64,000 bases of DNA from Octopus sinensis (lineage: Eukaryota): assembly GCF_006345805.1 (NCBI RefSeq), contig NC_042999.1, positions 28,024,001 through 28,088,000 of the forward strand, read 5' to 3'. How positions within the stretch are numbered: position 1 is the stretch's first letter; each line of letters starts with the position of its first letter. The notes under the pieces are model-generated. The model did not search any database, was not told the DNA's origin, and saw only the letters and a program-made list of their open reading frames with translations. Made by a program: the position numbers and the translations under genes. This document shows positions 39,861-53,687 of the stretch, piece by piece.

Positions 39861-39907
39861 CAGAAGTAGTAGTGATAGTGGTGGTAGTGGTGTTAGTAGT
39901 AGTAGTG

Positions 39908-39940
<33 letters not shown>

Positions 39941-39988
39941 ATAAAAGAAGAAGAAGAAGAAGAAGAAGAAGAAGACGACGACGAAGAA

Positions 39989-40038
<50 letters not shown>

Positions 40039-40291
40039 GGAAGAAGAAGAAAAGAAGAAGAAGAAGAAGAAGAAGAAGAGGAAGAAAAGAAGAAAAAGAA
40101 GAAGAAGAAGAGGAAGTAGAAGAAGAAGAAGAAGAAGAAGAAGAAGAAGAAGAAGAAGAAGAAGAAGAAGAAGAAAAGAAGTGTTAGTACCTGTGTTTAA
40201 AGGTGAAAATATGCGGCCGGATTATGATGCTGACAAATAAGGTGAAGAAGGAAGAGAAGGAGAAGTAAAAGTTTGAAGAGCTGAACGAAGA

Positions 40292-40370
<79 letters not shown>
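38985..40370. repeat. Microsatellite field: (TCTA)n/(TCTG)n, (CA)n, (TAG)n, (AAG)n, (GAT)n
   Basis: Directly visible. Confidence 0.92.
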
Positions 40371-40372
<2 letters not shown>

Positions 40373-40871
40373 ATAAGAAGGCGGAGAAAGATTGGGTGGT
40401 GGGTGTAGAAGAAGAAACTGAAGGACAGGAAATAAAATGAAGGACAGGAAATAGACTGGAAAGAGAGAGACAGGAAGTGGAATATAAAGAAAGACAACTT
40501 CGAACCGAATAATGAAGAAGGCAGAAAGTAAAAGGGAAGAAAAGACGAGTGAAAGAAAAAGTAGCGAAGAGATTGAATGGAGTCAATTAAAGGAGAGCAG
40601 AAGATGAAGAAGAGAGTTTGGAAGATGGGTGATGTAATAGGAAAATGAGGCTGCTATTAAGTCTATACGACCGCCGAACCAAATGTTGGGAGTTTGTGTA
40701 GATTGGAAGGAAGTAAAACTACCTCGGATGGACTTAAGCTAAAGAACGGAATACCAGGAAATAAGGTGAAAGAAAGCGATGCTATGATGGAAAATTATAT
40801 AGAATAAATATGTTTAAAACAAGGCGGATAAAAGAGAAACAGCAGCAGCAGCAGTAGTAGTAGTAGTAGTA

Positions 40872-40916
<45 letters not shown>

Positions 40917-41019
40917 AAGCAGCAGCAGCTGCAGCAGTAGTAGTAGCAGCAGCAGCAGCAGCAGCAGTAGTAGTGGTGGTAGTAGTAGTAGTATAGTAGT
41001 AGTAGTAGTAATGATAGTC

Positions 41020-41400
41020 CTTTCTACTAAAGGCGCAAGGCCTGAAATGTGTGTGTGGGACGGGGGACGGGCGAGTAAATCGATCATATCAACCCCAGCA
41101 CTTGACTGATACTTAGTTTATCGACCTCGAAAGGATGAAAGTCAAAGTCAACCCTTGCGGAATTTGAACTCAGAACGTTAAAACGGTCGAAATACCTATT
41201 TCTTTACTACCCACAAGGGGCTAAACACAGAGAATACAAACAAGGACAGACAGACGGATTAAGACGATTATCTCAACTCCAGTGCGTAACTGGTACTTAA
41301 TTTATCGACCCCGGAAGGATGAAAGGCAAAGTCGACCTCGGCGGAATTTGAACTCAGAACGTTGCGGCAGACGAAATACCGCTGAGCATTTCATCCGGCC
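41020..41400 (-). mobile_element. SINE family B dimer
   Basis: Two bodies joined at gtcgaaatacc|tatttctttactac, the same junction as in the 29.9-30.1 kb trimer. Confidence 0.82.
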
Positions 41401-41433
41401 CTGATGATGATGATGATGATGATGATAATGATG

Positions 41434-41491
<58 letters not shown>

Positions 41492-41570
41492 TAATAATTA
41501 TAATAATAATAAGTGGACGAGCATTATAGCCTATATTGAGAGAAATTCTTTAGGGTTGGATAATAATAAT

Positions 41571-41736
41571 TATTATTATTCAGGTCAATGCCTGGAATCG
41601 AACTCGGAATCTTGGGGTTAGTAGCCCGCGCTCTCGACCACTACGATCACGGACATATGGCGTAGTGGCTAAGAGCGCAGGTTACTAACCCCAAGATTCC
41701 GAGTTCGATTCCAGGCAGTGACCTGAATAATAATAA
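41571..41736. mobile_element. Head-to-head palindrome of two tRNA-derived SINE heads (copy 1)
   Basis: Right arm ggcgtagtggctaagagcgcaggttactaaccccaagattccgagttcgattccaggcagtgacctg has A-box and B-box. The left arm is its inverted copy. Both run out into (AAT)n. Confidence 0.82.
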
Positions 41737-41747
41737 TGATAATAATA

Positions 41748-41820
<73 letters not shown>

Positions 41821-41900
41821 TAATAATTATAATAATAATAAGTGGACGAGCATTATAGCCTATATTGAGAGAAATTCTTTAGGGTTTGGATAATAATAAT

Positions 41901-42066
41901 TATTATTATTCAGGTCAATGCCTGGAATCGAACTCGGAATCTTGGGGTTAGTAGCCCGCGCTCTCGACCACTACGATCACGGACATATGGCGTAGTGGCT
42001 AAGAGCGCAGGTTACTAACCCCAAGATTCCGAGTTCGATTCCAGGCAGTGACCTGAATAATAATAA
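41901..42066. mobile_element. Head-to-head palindrome of two tRNA-derived SINE heads (copy 2, tandem duplicate)
   Basis: Identical to copy 1, offset ~330 bp. Confidence 0.82.
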
Positions 42067-42068
42067 TG

Positions 42069-42134
<66 letters not shown>

Positions 42135-42137
<3 letters not shown>

Positions 42138-43060
42138 TCAACAACATTCGAAATTTCAAGAACAGCCGACGAGAGAGAAGAAACCCTACTCCGCATGGAA
42201 TTGCATGGTCAGTTCCACCGTGAAACCAACAAATTAAAAGACCAGGAAGCATCATGGAGGTGGCTTAACAAGTGTGACCTAAAATAGAATACTCAAAGCC
42301 CAGTCATCGCTGCTCAGGACCAGGCATTTAATACCAACTCAGTGAAAAAGAATACATACCACACGAGTGCTACAGACCTCTGCAGAATGTGTGGGAAGAG
42401 GGTCGAAAGCGTGACTCACATTGTTAGTGTTGTGAAAGTCTTGCGCAGAAAGAGTACAAGCGTAGACATGACAAGGTAGCCCAAAACCTCCACTGGCTAC
42501 TATGCCGTAAGTATGGATATGAGGGAACAGATGCTTGGTATCAACATACACCGGAAAATGTTATGGACGAAAAGGGGAACGGAAAAATTCTCTGGGACTT
42601 TGACTTCCAGACAGACAAGGTATTAGAGCACCGAAGACCAGATATTGTAACCTTTAAGAGGGACAAACAAGACTGCCTAATAATTGACGTGGCATTGCCA
42701 GGAGATCAACATATCCTCATGAGCGAGGGCGAAAAGGCTGATAAACACGGAGACCTGAGAATTGAGATCGCTAAGATGTGGCAGCTATGAGAGTCAAGCA
42801 TAAAGGTTATCCCTATTGTCATCGGAGAATTAGATTCAATACCACACAATCTGAAGAAAAAAAAATCTGTAAACTTTAGAAATACCCTACAATCTAGGTG
42901 TATTGCAAAAGTCGGCATTACTTGAAACAGCACGCATATTGCATAAAGTCCTGTCTGTCTGAGGTCTTTGTTGTGACTTGGTAAACAGCACAATACCCCG
43001 GTAGACAATATCTTCAATCAAAAACCTCACAATATTGTATACTGTGCGACGTCTGCTATA
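42135..43060 (+). mobile_element. 5'-truncated R4/Dong-like non-LTR retrotransposon (zinc knuckle + restriction-like endonuclease)
   Basis: LHGQFHRET, AAQDQA, CRMCGKRVESVTHIV, RHDKVAQNLHWLLCRKYG, KILWDFDFQTDKVLEHRRPDIV, IIDVALPGD. Bounded by (TAA)n. Confidence 0.88.
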
Positions 43061-43069
43061 ATAATAATG

Positions 43070-43137
<68 letters not shown>

Positions 43138-43313
43138 TAATAATAATAATTAGACATTCACTAGTACAACACCAAAAAAAAAAGAAAAAAAACCCCAAAT
43201 ATATGGCACAGAACTTCTAACCTGTTGTCTCTTGAGGTCTCTGGGTGAGACTTGGAGCCAACTTGTACAGACATAAAGCAAAAGTCAAACATAGAATAAT
43301 AATAATAATAATG

Positions 43314-43365
<52 letters not shown>

Positions 43366-43427
43366 CAACAACAACAATAATGATAATAATATTAAATGCC
43401 ATGATGCAGTACCAGTCAGTGACCCTC

Positions 43428-43930
43428 AAGGCTACTAATCTTAACTGAGAGAAATGCTGTCATATACGTTTTGTTTTGGTATAAAAGATGGACAAAAGCA
43501 AATATTGTGTTCAAAACCACAGATTTTCTTGTCAGTTGTTTGACCATAACCAGTTGAGTATATTCCTTGGTGGCTGACGATATGCGCATCTCTGATCACG
43601 AGGAGTATTGGTGAAACGCCATGTCTTGAAAGAAATTCTTTGGGGCTTGAATAATTCACCTCTGAAAACATGGGTGTTTTGTTCAACATCCTTAAACAAT
43701 CTTTATTCAGGGACCTTTTGAGCGGGATGGGCTACTCGATCTGAAGAAAATTCTAACCGGGTCCAACATGCGCTGTTTATCGTGATATGAGATCACCATG
43801 TCGCGCACATATGGTCGTGATGCATGTGCCTAGTGTACCCTTATCAGACAGGTAGTCATGGTGGGTATACTGGGCTTCGTATATTTTTACCCAGTATCAC
43901 TTTGATGGCATACATTGCCCTCTCACTCAA
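43428..43930 (+). repeat. ~520-bp interspersed repeat (second copy)
   Basis: Aligns with 22102-22621. Confidence 0.85.
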
Positions 43931-44019
43931 TAATAACAACAACAACAACAATAATAATAATAATAATAATATGGACTTGACAGAGTAAAAGAATAGTAAG
44001 GACATAAACCTGAAGGCAT

Positions 44020-44490
44020 AATCGAAAATGATAATGCAAAAATCCTTTGTGATTTTATGATTCATCGGGACCATGAGACAGAGAGTAGGAAACTAGACAC
44101 AGTGTTGATTGAGAAAGAAAGTAAATGATACTGGATCATAAATATAGCAAGCCCAGCTGACAGCAAAGTAGGCGATAAGGAAGAAAGAAAAGAAAATATG
44201 ACAGGTTAGCTTGGGAGGTTAAGCAGTTGTGGTTGATGAAAAAAGTGGTAGTAGCACCAATAATTGTGGGAGCCCTGGGAACAGTGAGTAAAACTTTGAG
44301 AAGTACATGAAACAAACGGGGGATGCAATAAGGGTGGAGCACTTGCAGAAGACAGCACTGCTTGGAAACGCTCGAATACACCAGATGATGCTCGAAAAAT
44401 AAGGGGTGTGTCCTTAGTTCACTGGTATTGAACAGCTGGCACCGTAGTACATCTCCAGTGTTAGAAGCTGTGCGAAGACAATAAATAATA
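44020..44490 (+). mobile_element. R4/Dong-like endonuclease/3' end fragment
   Basis: Degenerate AKILCDFMI, VVVAPIIVGALGTVSK and EHLQKTALLGNARI, followed by an (AAT) tail. Confidence 0.75.
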
Positions 44491-44627
44491 ATAGTTTCTT
44501 TATCAGACACATGGGCTCACAGAAATATATAAAATGCTATGAACGGGGATTTATTGTACATGTGGAGCTGGGGAAATAAATTTTATGATGTTGACAGGGA
44601 AGAGTGAAGATATTAAAAAAGATTACT

Positions 44628-45147
44628 GGTAAGTTCGTTGCCATCGATTCATCGCAGCAGAGTTCACTGTCATCAGTTCACCGTGACGAAAGTTCACCGT
44701 GAGGAAAGTTTACCGGGAGGAAAGTTTACTGAGGAACTATATCCATAGTATTTCACCATTAGTGAGGGCGCGTGGCTTAGTGGTTAGGGCATTCGGCTCA
44801 TGATCGTAAGGTTGTGAGTTCGATTCCCGGCGACGCGTTGTGTCCTTGAGCAAGACACTTTATTTCACGTTGCTCCAGTCCACTCAGCTGGCAAAAATGA
44901 GTTGTACTTGTATTTCAAAGGGTCAGCCTTGTCACTCTCTGTGTCACGCTGATTATCCCCGAGAACTACGTTAAGGGTACACGTGTCTGTGGAATGCTCA
45001 GCCATTTGCACGTTAATTTCACGAGCAAGCTGTTCCGTTGATCGTATCAGCTGGGACCCTCGTCGTCGTAACCGGCGGAGTCTTTAATTTCACCATTAAT
45101 AGTTAAAAACAAACAAAAAGTGGTGAGTTAACAACGGTGAAGTTACC
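44628..45147. mobile_element. MITE with gttcaccg-repeat termini, split by a SINE
   Basis: Left ggtaagttcg... with repeated aaagttcaccg. Right ...ggtgagttaacaacggtgaagttacc. Confidence 0.45.
44762..45086 (+). mobile_element. SINE with CORE-like head (gtgtccttgagcaagacact) and tail type 2
   Basis: tRNA-like head tggcttagtggttagg...gagttcgattccc. 12-bp TSD atttcaccatta (44750-61, 45087-98). Confidence 0.85.
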
Positions 45148-47587
45148 GAACATGGGATTAAAAGTGTAAGAAATAAAACACTAATGGAAAAGTTTAGTGT
45201 TATCCGCCCAGTTGGTGAGAATCCAGTTGTTACGTCGATTCAGAGGGCGCCACTTTACTGCTCACTCACCAAACATTGTTATATTTCTTGGGGATCTCCG
45301 AAACCTCCGTTAGTATTTCTTGTTTTGCTTCATCCAAGAAAGGACCTACATCTTCCGGGCAGAAATATTTTATCCGGTCGTAAATTTCTTATGCGCTTTT
45401 CAACACTGCACAGTCATTTGAAATCTTTATTTTGTACTTATTTAATTTCTGCTCCTTCAACATATTCGTCGGCCTTGCTTCCTTTATTTCATATAACAAC
45501 TCCAGCAGTTCCTTTTTATTTCTAATTACTATGAAACTGTTTGAGCCCTAGAGTTGGAATTTTCCTGGAACAATTCCGAGAGGGCTGACACTTCATTTTC
45601 TTTTCCCCTTTCTTTCTTGTCTCTCACTGATTTCCATATCTCTTCAGATTGCATTTGATCCCCATCTTCGCACGTAGAAGGGTTTGATCTGTTAGAAATG
45701 ATGACAATACTCGACTCTGGTACTAAGCAAAAGGTGACCTTCTGCGCCAAGTGCAGACTGACAGAAGGTATTCTATGATGCTTGTTACAGAGATCGAAGA
45801 TGAAGAGAAGCTTTCGGTACTGCATCTGCTGGTGCGGTTGGTGGTACTCTGATAAAGGAGCATCAACATTGATTAACCTTTTTACGTTTTTTGAGTCCTT
45901 CAAGTAACTTTTACTGTTCGAAATAAAACAACTGAACTTCTTGCCCTGTACCTTAAGTGTTATGACTTTAGCCTGTACACCGACATCGAGGCACAGCTCC
46001 AGGATGGCCCTGTCGATCTTAGTCATCACAAGAATTTGCAAGTCCATGCTGATTCCTCCCACCTACATATCATTCCGTACTACTTGTACTATCAATGCCC
46101 ACAATACTGTTTCACAAAAACACCAATCCACCGGTTAATATCACTCGTAATATCGTTTGGCTGTTATCTTCGTGCTACGTTGCCTCATGTACTGGAGAAC
46201 AGGCATGTGGACGGATGTTTCGCACACACTCTGCTTCTATTCAGACATCGCTTGTGGTGCTGTAAGTCAAACAGCCTGTACTGAAGTCTTTTCCCTTTTG
46301 TAGATGTAAAATATTGAGTCACACGTTCGTTAGTGTTTCCTTTATGTTGTTTTGTGGTAATTGCAAAATTATCTCCTCATTTTCTGAGACGCAGGTATAT
46401 CAATTCTTTTTACTTGTCTGCTTTTCAATGTATTCCTCAAGTAAAGAGATTAAATTCTTGTTCATATAATTTTTTCACAGCTTCCTATAGGCTTCTTAAA
46501 TCATATCAAGCATTTCAATAGTGGAGGTAGCTTGGGCAAAGTTATCTCCATGCATTAATGGTGACATTTCTGCTTTTGTATATCCGGGTTGTTATTGTTG
46601 CTGGTTGCACCGAAAAGTATCTCAGAATTTCCCAAAACCTGATTCTTTTCTTTCTGAAGAGGGAAAACTTTCCATGTTTATGACAGGGAAGAACTTTGGC
46701 AGAGCAGCTTTATTATTTTGTTTTGGTAATGGCAGTAATGCTATTTTCATTCCAGGATGAGGAAGCATTGCTTCTGTTGTTTGACGCCATTGTGAATGCA
46801 GTCGAACAAAATCGAAGAAATGTCCAAAAGATGTATTTTTTTTATTGAGCAAAAAAAGTCAATGAAAGAAAACAAAAACTTGCCTTGTGAAAACTTTTTA
46901 CATGACATAAAACAATTAATAAATTCAAATTCAGTATGAATAAACTTGAAAACACTTGTAATCCAAATACCAACAGCAATAGCGAGAAGAAACACGTCTG
47001 TTCAAGATGCCAATAATAATAACAACAATAGCAACAATAATAAAAATAATGATAATGATAAAAATAACAACAGGAACAACAAGAGCAACAAGAACAAGAA
47101 CAACAAAAACAATAAAAACAACAACAACAAGAATGATTGAACGAAACGAAACAGCAGAAATGTAAAAAAAGAGAAATACACCCGAGGGTAATTTTGTATA
47201 AACACGTAAATGATAGGTAAATTTCGGATTTAATATGTGGTTTGAAAAGTGAAATTTTAAAATTGGATAAGAAAATTTATAATTAAATAAAGAAGTCAAA
47301 GAAAAATATTTTCTTTTTATTTATAAATTCAGTTCTTGAAGAAGCGAATGTTACGTAAGTCTATTGTTGATTTTTTTAAACACGATTTTTGAAATAATTT
47401 TGTTACGAATATGAAAAATATTGGAGGCATGACCATATAAAATTGAATTCGTGTGTACAAAAGTCATGGACCCAAAACTTTTATTCAGGAAATTCTCCTA
47501 ATGTATGTGCTGACGTTGATCGTTTGAATTTTGAAATATCGTTAGGAAACTTTGATCTTCGCATCTTTTTCTTTTACTCTAATGTTG

Positions 47588-47810
47588 TTTTTACTTGTTT
47601 CAGTCATTGGAATGTGGCCATGCTGGAGCACTGCCTTGAAGAATTTTTAGTTGAATGTATCGACACCAATACTTATTTTTTAAAAGTCACATACATATTC
47701 TATCGGTCTTTTTTGCCGAACAGTTAAGATGCGGGAACGTAACCACATCAGCACCAGTTATCATGCTGTGGGGAGACAAAACATAAAGTCACCCACACAT
47801 ACCTCCCCAC
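47588..47810 (-). mobile_element. SINE family A 3' part
   Basis: ttttacttgtttcagtcatt...gccatgctggagcactgcc...tctatcggtcttttttgccgaac. Confidence 0.72.
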
Positions 47811-48580
47811 ACACAAACGCACACAAATTGGTAGCCTTCTGCCAAAAAATTGAAATCAATAATCATTCAAATACGATAGTAGTTGAATAATATTAAGGCC
47901 GCAATTTACTCACACGCAGCATCTTTCAGAGCTTGTCGCTAATTCAGTTCTTAACCAACTTAAAACTGTTAACATTTTTGAAGAGGACTAGTTCCTAGTT
48001 ACATTTTGGCATTAAAAAAATTGAGATTTGGTCTAGTAGAAAAAAGTTGACATCAAAATTTGTAGCTACGTTATAAGAGAGTGAGTAACGCCACCAATCA
48101 AGTTTAGATCTAAATAACTTGTTTTATCTTTAAAGCAAGATATATTTATCTTAGCTTCAATGATAGAAGAAAGCATGAAAAATTTGGTCTCATGCAAAAA
48201 AAGTTTGTTTCAAAAAAGTTGTGAGGTAAAATATCATGAAAAAAATATAAGGCAAAAAATTGGATTTAAATATAATTAACTTTTTTTTTTAATCTAAAAA
48301 CAAACTATATTTTAATTAAGCTTAAATGATAGAGCTCAGTTCGAGGAATTTCGTGGTATCAATCTCATGCAATGAAGTTTTAAAAGAAAAAAAGTAATGA
48401 GTGTTTGATTCTCAAATTTTTTCTTAACTTTTTATGAATATAATTCTTTAGGGAGACTTTTAATATATGTCACCGGCATCATTGAGGTAAGGAAAAAAAA
48501 TTATCAACAACACCGCTAATTGACTCATTTGATACATTGTTAATTAGCATAATAGCATAGCATGGAAAAACATGGATTAC

Positions 48581-49423
48581 ATAGAAAAATGCGAGCAAGA
48601 AAAATAATATTCCTAAGATTATAAACCTGGAAATATAGAGGCTAAGTTATACTTTGGAAAAGTTCAGGGGAAGTTATTACATCTGGTAAAGTACAGAACA
48701 AGAAAGTTATTACTTAAGTTATTGCAGCTAAGGAAAAAATTTGAATATTGAAAATTATTTGATTTTAATTTACACAGTAACTTTATAATTAAAAAAAGGT
48801 ACCATCATTTTGTTAAAGTATTGACACACTAAAATACTTAAAAAATGAGAGCCATAAGTACCAACATAGCAAAAGTTTTATGCAAAGTAGAATAGTATAT
48901 ATGGTAGGCAAATTCATTACGTACAAAATAGGCATTGGGTCAAGACTAAAAGTGTGAAGACTTGGTAATAACTTGGTCAATAGCTGAAGCAAATTTTTAT
49001 GGTGAATTTGTTGTTACAGGTAGATTTTACTGTAATATATAACTAAATTTTATATTATTCTATTTACTGTACTAATTATGTACTACTATTATTTTTTATA
49101 TCCTATTTTCAAATTTCTAACTATTAATTAATAATGAAGAAATTAAGAAAGGAATTTTTTAAGTGCATAAATATTTCATTTGAGTTACTTTTAATAGAAG
49201 TAACAAGTAATAACTGATAGAAGTAATAACTTGTAATAAAATTTTTAGTTTTAATAAGAGCTAATATTTTCTAAATCTAAATATTTTTGAAATTTTATCC
49301 TTAGCTGCAATATTTTAAGTAATAATTTACTTGTTGTGTACTTTACCAGATATAATAACTTGTCCTGTACTTTTCTAGGTTTGTAATCTTAAGAACATTA
49401 TTTTTCTTGCTCGCATTTTCTAT
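48581..49423. mobile_element. AT-rich MITE with ~150-170-bp inverted arms
   Basis: atagaaaaatgcgagcaagaaaaataat...ttgcagctaagga / tccttagctgcaa...attatttttcttgctcgcattttctat. Confidence 0.7.
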
Positions 49424-49564
49424 GAAATATTATATGTTTAGGTAGCAAATTGGCACTGTCCTTAGAACGTCAAAAAGAACGTTTTACAGTATTTTCTTTG
49501 ATTCTCGCAAGATCTAAGTCCAATTTCTGCTGCACTCAACTTTGCTTTTTATTTCTTTTTTAAG

Positions 49565-49765
49565 ATGGTGAGCATGCAAAATCGTTAGTATGCCGGGAAA
49601 AATGCTTAGCGATTTTTCGTTCATGATTACGTTCTGAGATGAAATTCGACCAATTTCGGACCTTGCTGTTCATAATTTCGGGGTTGATGAAAACGGTACC
49701 AGTGAAACACTGGTAATCGACGAGTTCCCTCCCACCAAATTTCAGGCCTTGTGCCCTTAGTAGAA

Positions 49766-49770
<5 letters not shown>
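49565..49770 (+). mobile_element. SINE family B, degenerate
   Basis: aagatggtgagcatgcaaaatcgttag...gaaattcg...ccaaatttcaggccttgtgcc + (ATT)n. Confidence 0.65.
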
Positions 49771-49811
<41 letters not shown>

Positions 49812-49813
<2 letters not shown>

Positions 49814-49930
49814 CACACAACAGATTAGAGAGTTGGAAAAGAAAAATTCCTAACATGAGGCTACAACAAATAACCTTAGATGCCAAGAACCCTCCTAAAT
49901 TTCCGGCTTTGTGCCCTAAGTAGAAATTAC

Positions 49931-49977
<47 letters not shown>

Positions 49978-50310
49978 TATTATTATTATTATACACACAA
50001 CAGATTAGAGAGTTGGACAAGAAAAATTCGTAACATCGGGCTACAATAAATAACCTTAGATGCCAAGTACCCTCCTAGGTATCCTAGCCGTCCCTAATAA
50101 CACCGTTTCCTAGAGCTGCACTAAACTGGGCTTTATGCCTATTTCCTCTATCCAGCTGCTCAAATCTTTAGGTATGATTCCAAATGCACCTATAACTACT
50201 GGGAAACATTTTACCCGCACTTTCCATAGTCTCTGTAATGCAATGTTTAGGTCCTGGTACTTTACTATTTTATCTATATCTCTCATATTGATTTTTTTCA
50301 TCATTCTGTA
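49812..50310 (-). mobile_element. R4/Dong-like 3' fragment with duplicated 3' UTR
   Basis: KIVKYQDLNIALQRLWKVRVKCFPVVIGAFGIIPK. The 3' UTR occurs at ~49812 and ~49992. Confidence 0.78.
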
Positions 50311-50345
50311 AACTCAAAATATCTGGCATTTTATATACTATTTAT

Positions 50346-50385
<40 letters not shown>

Positions 50386-50530
50386 CACCACCACCACCAC
50401 CACCACTACTACTAGTACTACCACCACCACCACTACTACTACCGCCACCACCACCACTACTACTACTACCACCACCACCGCTACTACTACCACCCCCACC
50501 CCCACAACCACTACTACTACTACTACCACC

Positions 50531-50577
<47 letters not shown>

Positions 50578-50689
50578 CACCACTACTACCACCACCACCA
50601 CCACCACCACCACCACCACTACTACTACCACCACCACCACCACCACTACTACTACTACCACCACTACTACTACTACTACCGCAATCACC

Positions 50690-50736
<47 letters not shown>

Positions 50737-50815
50737 CACTACTACCACCACCACCACCACCACCACCACCACTACTACTACCACCACCACCACCACCACT
50801 ACTACTACTACCACC

Positions 50816-50847
<32 letters not shown>

Positions 50848-50929
50848 CACCACCACCACCACCACCACCACCACCACCACTACTACTACTACTACTACCA
50901 CCACCACCACCACCACCACCACCATCACC

Positions 50930-51005
<76 letters not shown>
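50346..51005. repeat. (TAC)n/(CAC)n mosaic trinucleotide repeat
   Basis: Directly visible. Confidence 0.95.
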
Positions 51006-51006
<1 letters not shown>

Positions 51007-51276
51007 ATACATGTGAAACATATATATTCATTCCAGCTTTTATCTACAGGACACGAGGATATATAAATCTCTTCTTCAGAAGAACCACTAATAATAGATA
51101 CAGAGTTCGTCTCCGGTTAATGACATTGCTCCATACAATTTTCCTTAAATTCGCCAGAACAAGAACGGGCAGCCTCTGCATGTGAATTTCCATAACCTCT
51201 GATATTGGTGGTAAAAAGCACGAAGGAAGTTTTTTTGACATCTGAAATGCAATCGGAATGTTTACAAAGAGAGAGG

Positions 51277-51316
<40 letters not shown>

Positions 51317-51720
51317 AAAGGGTTTCTGCTAAAGGTAATAAAAAACCAAATAGAAGTGTCAAATCGAACGATCAATCAGGTGTTTCAATAAAATAGCTGA
51401 AGGAGAATACCCGAAGGAAACGTTCTGTAAAGTAAATCCAAATTATATAATCTCACATATGTAAAATACCGATTTAGTAAACTTCTACCGACTGAGATTG
51501 CTCAAGTAATTAGTTGACAAAAAAGCGTTCAATAACTTTGACAGCAAGAAACGATAAGACCAAAAACCCAACCACGGCCCAACATCGTGCTATCGGCACT
51601 GCGGTCAGTGCTGCAATCTACTTAGTAGACTACCAGTATGCAATAAAAACAACTATATTTCCAATCATGATAGTTCTGTTACCCTTGATGACAGCTTTGA
51701 TAGACAAATTTTTGTGCAAA

Positions 51721-52024
51721 CAATGTGTCAAACCTAAACTTACATAGTTTCGAATTACGTCTTTTTCGACATTATATCAAGAAAGAAACCCAAACTTAAT
51801 TTATCCGACTTAATATCGGCTTCAGCGAACATATTTAAACGCATAGAAATTACAAAAAATCCCATCTAAACACCAATTCTGAAGTGAAAAACTATAACAA
51901 AACAAAAAAAAAAAGAATAATTTTTCGTGTTACGTCGTTTTTTTTTTTTTGCGTTAAGTCGTATATATCGGAAACAATTACCGACGTAAGTTGAGGTATT
52001 CCAATTAATCAAAATTATGGATGA
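51721..52024 (+). repeat. ~305-bp direct repeat, copy 1
   Basis: caatgtgtcaaacctaaacttacatag...aatcaaaattatggatga is repeated at 53373-53687. Confidence 0.85.
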
Positions 52025-53372
52025 CAAAGACCATACCGCTACTGCTACGGTTAAGAACCGTCAGAGCGGTCTCCCTTATTTGCTCCTCCAAATAATAATC
52101 TTAACAAAGCTGTAATATATTTCCTAATCACTGCACTAAATCTTACTACTTTTATTATTATTATTCTTTTATTGAGCGACCTTTGGATTTCTGTGCGTGT
52201 TAATGCTTATTGCCTTGATACTGTTATTAGCTTTAGACTTTACTTATCATTTGTTGATTAGCGTAGTATTTAATAATATATGACTATAGCTTTCTTTTGT
52301 AGTGATATAACTTGCTCTTTAAATCAAATGGCAAATATATACAATGTTGCTAGACCGTTTCTGATATATATTAATATTTAGCTGTACATTGGCCATATAC
52401 CTACACAAACAAACACTCTTCTATATCTATAGCTAGACTTTCGCACTTACACACACAGCTATACGCACATATATATTTGTGTTTGAATGCAGGCCTTTGA
52501 TCAATTTGATTACGCACGCGTATGTACATATGTGTATCATATGTATGCACACACATATATGTGTGTGTGTGCATGTATGTGTGTATGTCTGTGCGCGTGT
52601 GCGTCTGTGTCTGTCTGTGTGTCTGTGTCTGTATGTGTACATGTGTATATATATATATATGTGTGTATATATGTGTATATATATATATGTGTATATATAT
52701 GTGTGTATATATATATGTGTATATATGTATATTTTAGTAGAGAGCGATAAAAAGAGAGCGAGCCAGCGAGCGTGTGTGTGTGAGAGAGAGAGAGAGAGAG
52801 GGAGAGAGAGGTCACTGAGTTAAAACTACCGGTTCTCTCAGTGCAAGTAGTATATATTTGTTTATATATATATATCCACACACACACATATATATATATA
52901 TATACATATACATGCATATATATTATTTGTGTAAGCATAAAATATACATACATATTTCCATACATACATACATATGGATTTTTAAATGTGTGCGATTTGT
53001 GTATTTGTGTATTTGTGTAATGCGTGTTATGATAGTGGTTATAGTGATACAAATATGAACAAACAGTGAGTCTTCTTAATGAATCGTATTGTGTTCGACA
53101 CCGTAATGAATTTACTGTATAGCTGGCTGATCTTTGGCATTGGCTGAGTTGTTGCTTTGCTCAACTGACGAGATACAGTTAGTGTCATGACCTTTGGCTC
53201 AGAGAGAAGCTTCAGCGGTTAGGATGGCTTTTTAATACATTGGAACAAAGATTTTACCAGAGAGATTGTATATAGTTAGTGAGTTGGGGGTTGACCGAGG
53301 GAAGGGCTTTATACGATCTGAATTTACGGTTGTTTTTAATGAGTAAAAAATGGGCTCCACCATTTACTGAGC

Positions 53373-53687
53373 CAATGTGTCAAACCTAAACTTACATAGT
53401 TACGAATTACGCCTTTTTCGAATTTATATCGTTATTTGTTTTTCAAGAAATAAACCCAAACTTATGTTGATTTATCCGACTTGATGTCGGCTTCAGCGAA
53501 GATATTTAAAAGCATAAAAATTACAAAAAATCCCATCTAAATACCAATTCTCAAGTGAAAAACTCTAACAAAACAAACAAAAAGCCCAATAATTTTTCGC
53601 GTTACGTCGTTTTTTGCGTTAAGTCGTGTCTCGGAAACAATTACCGACGTAAGTTGAGGTATTTCAATTAATCAAAATTATGGATGA
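53373..53687 (+). repeat. ~305-bp direct repeat, copy 2
   Basis: Aligns with 51721-52024, with several indels. Confidence 0.85.

Noticed and set aside
41651-41725. Functional tRNA gene
   Set aside because: The acceptor stem does not pair, the apparent ACT anticodon is atypical, and it sits in a palindromic AAT-flanked repeat. It is a SINE head.
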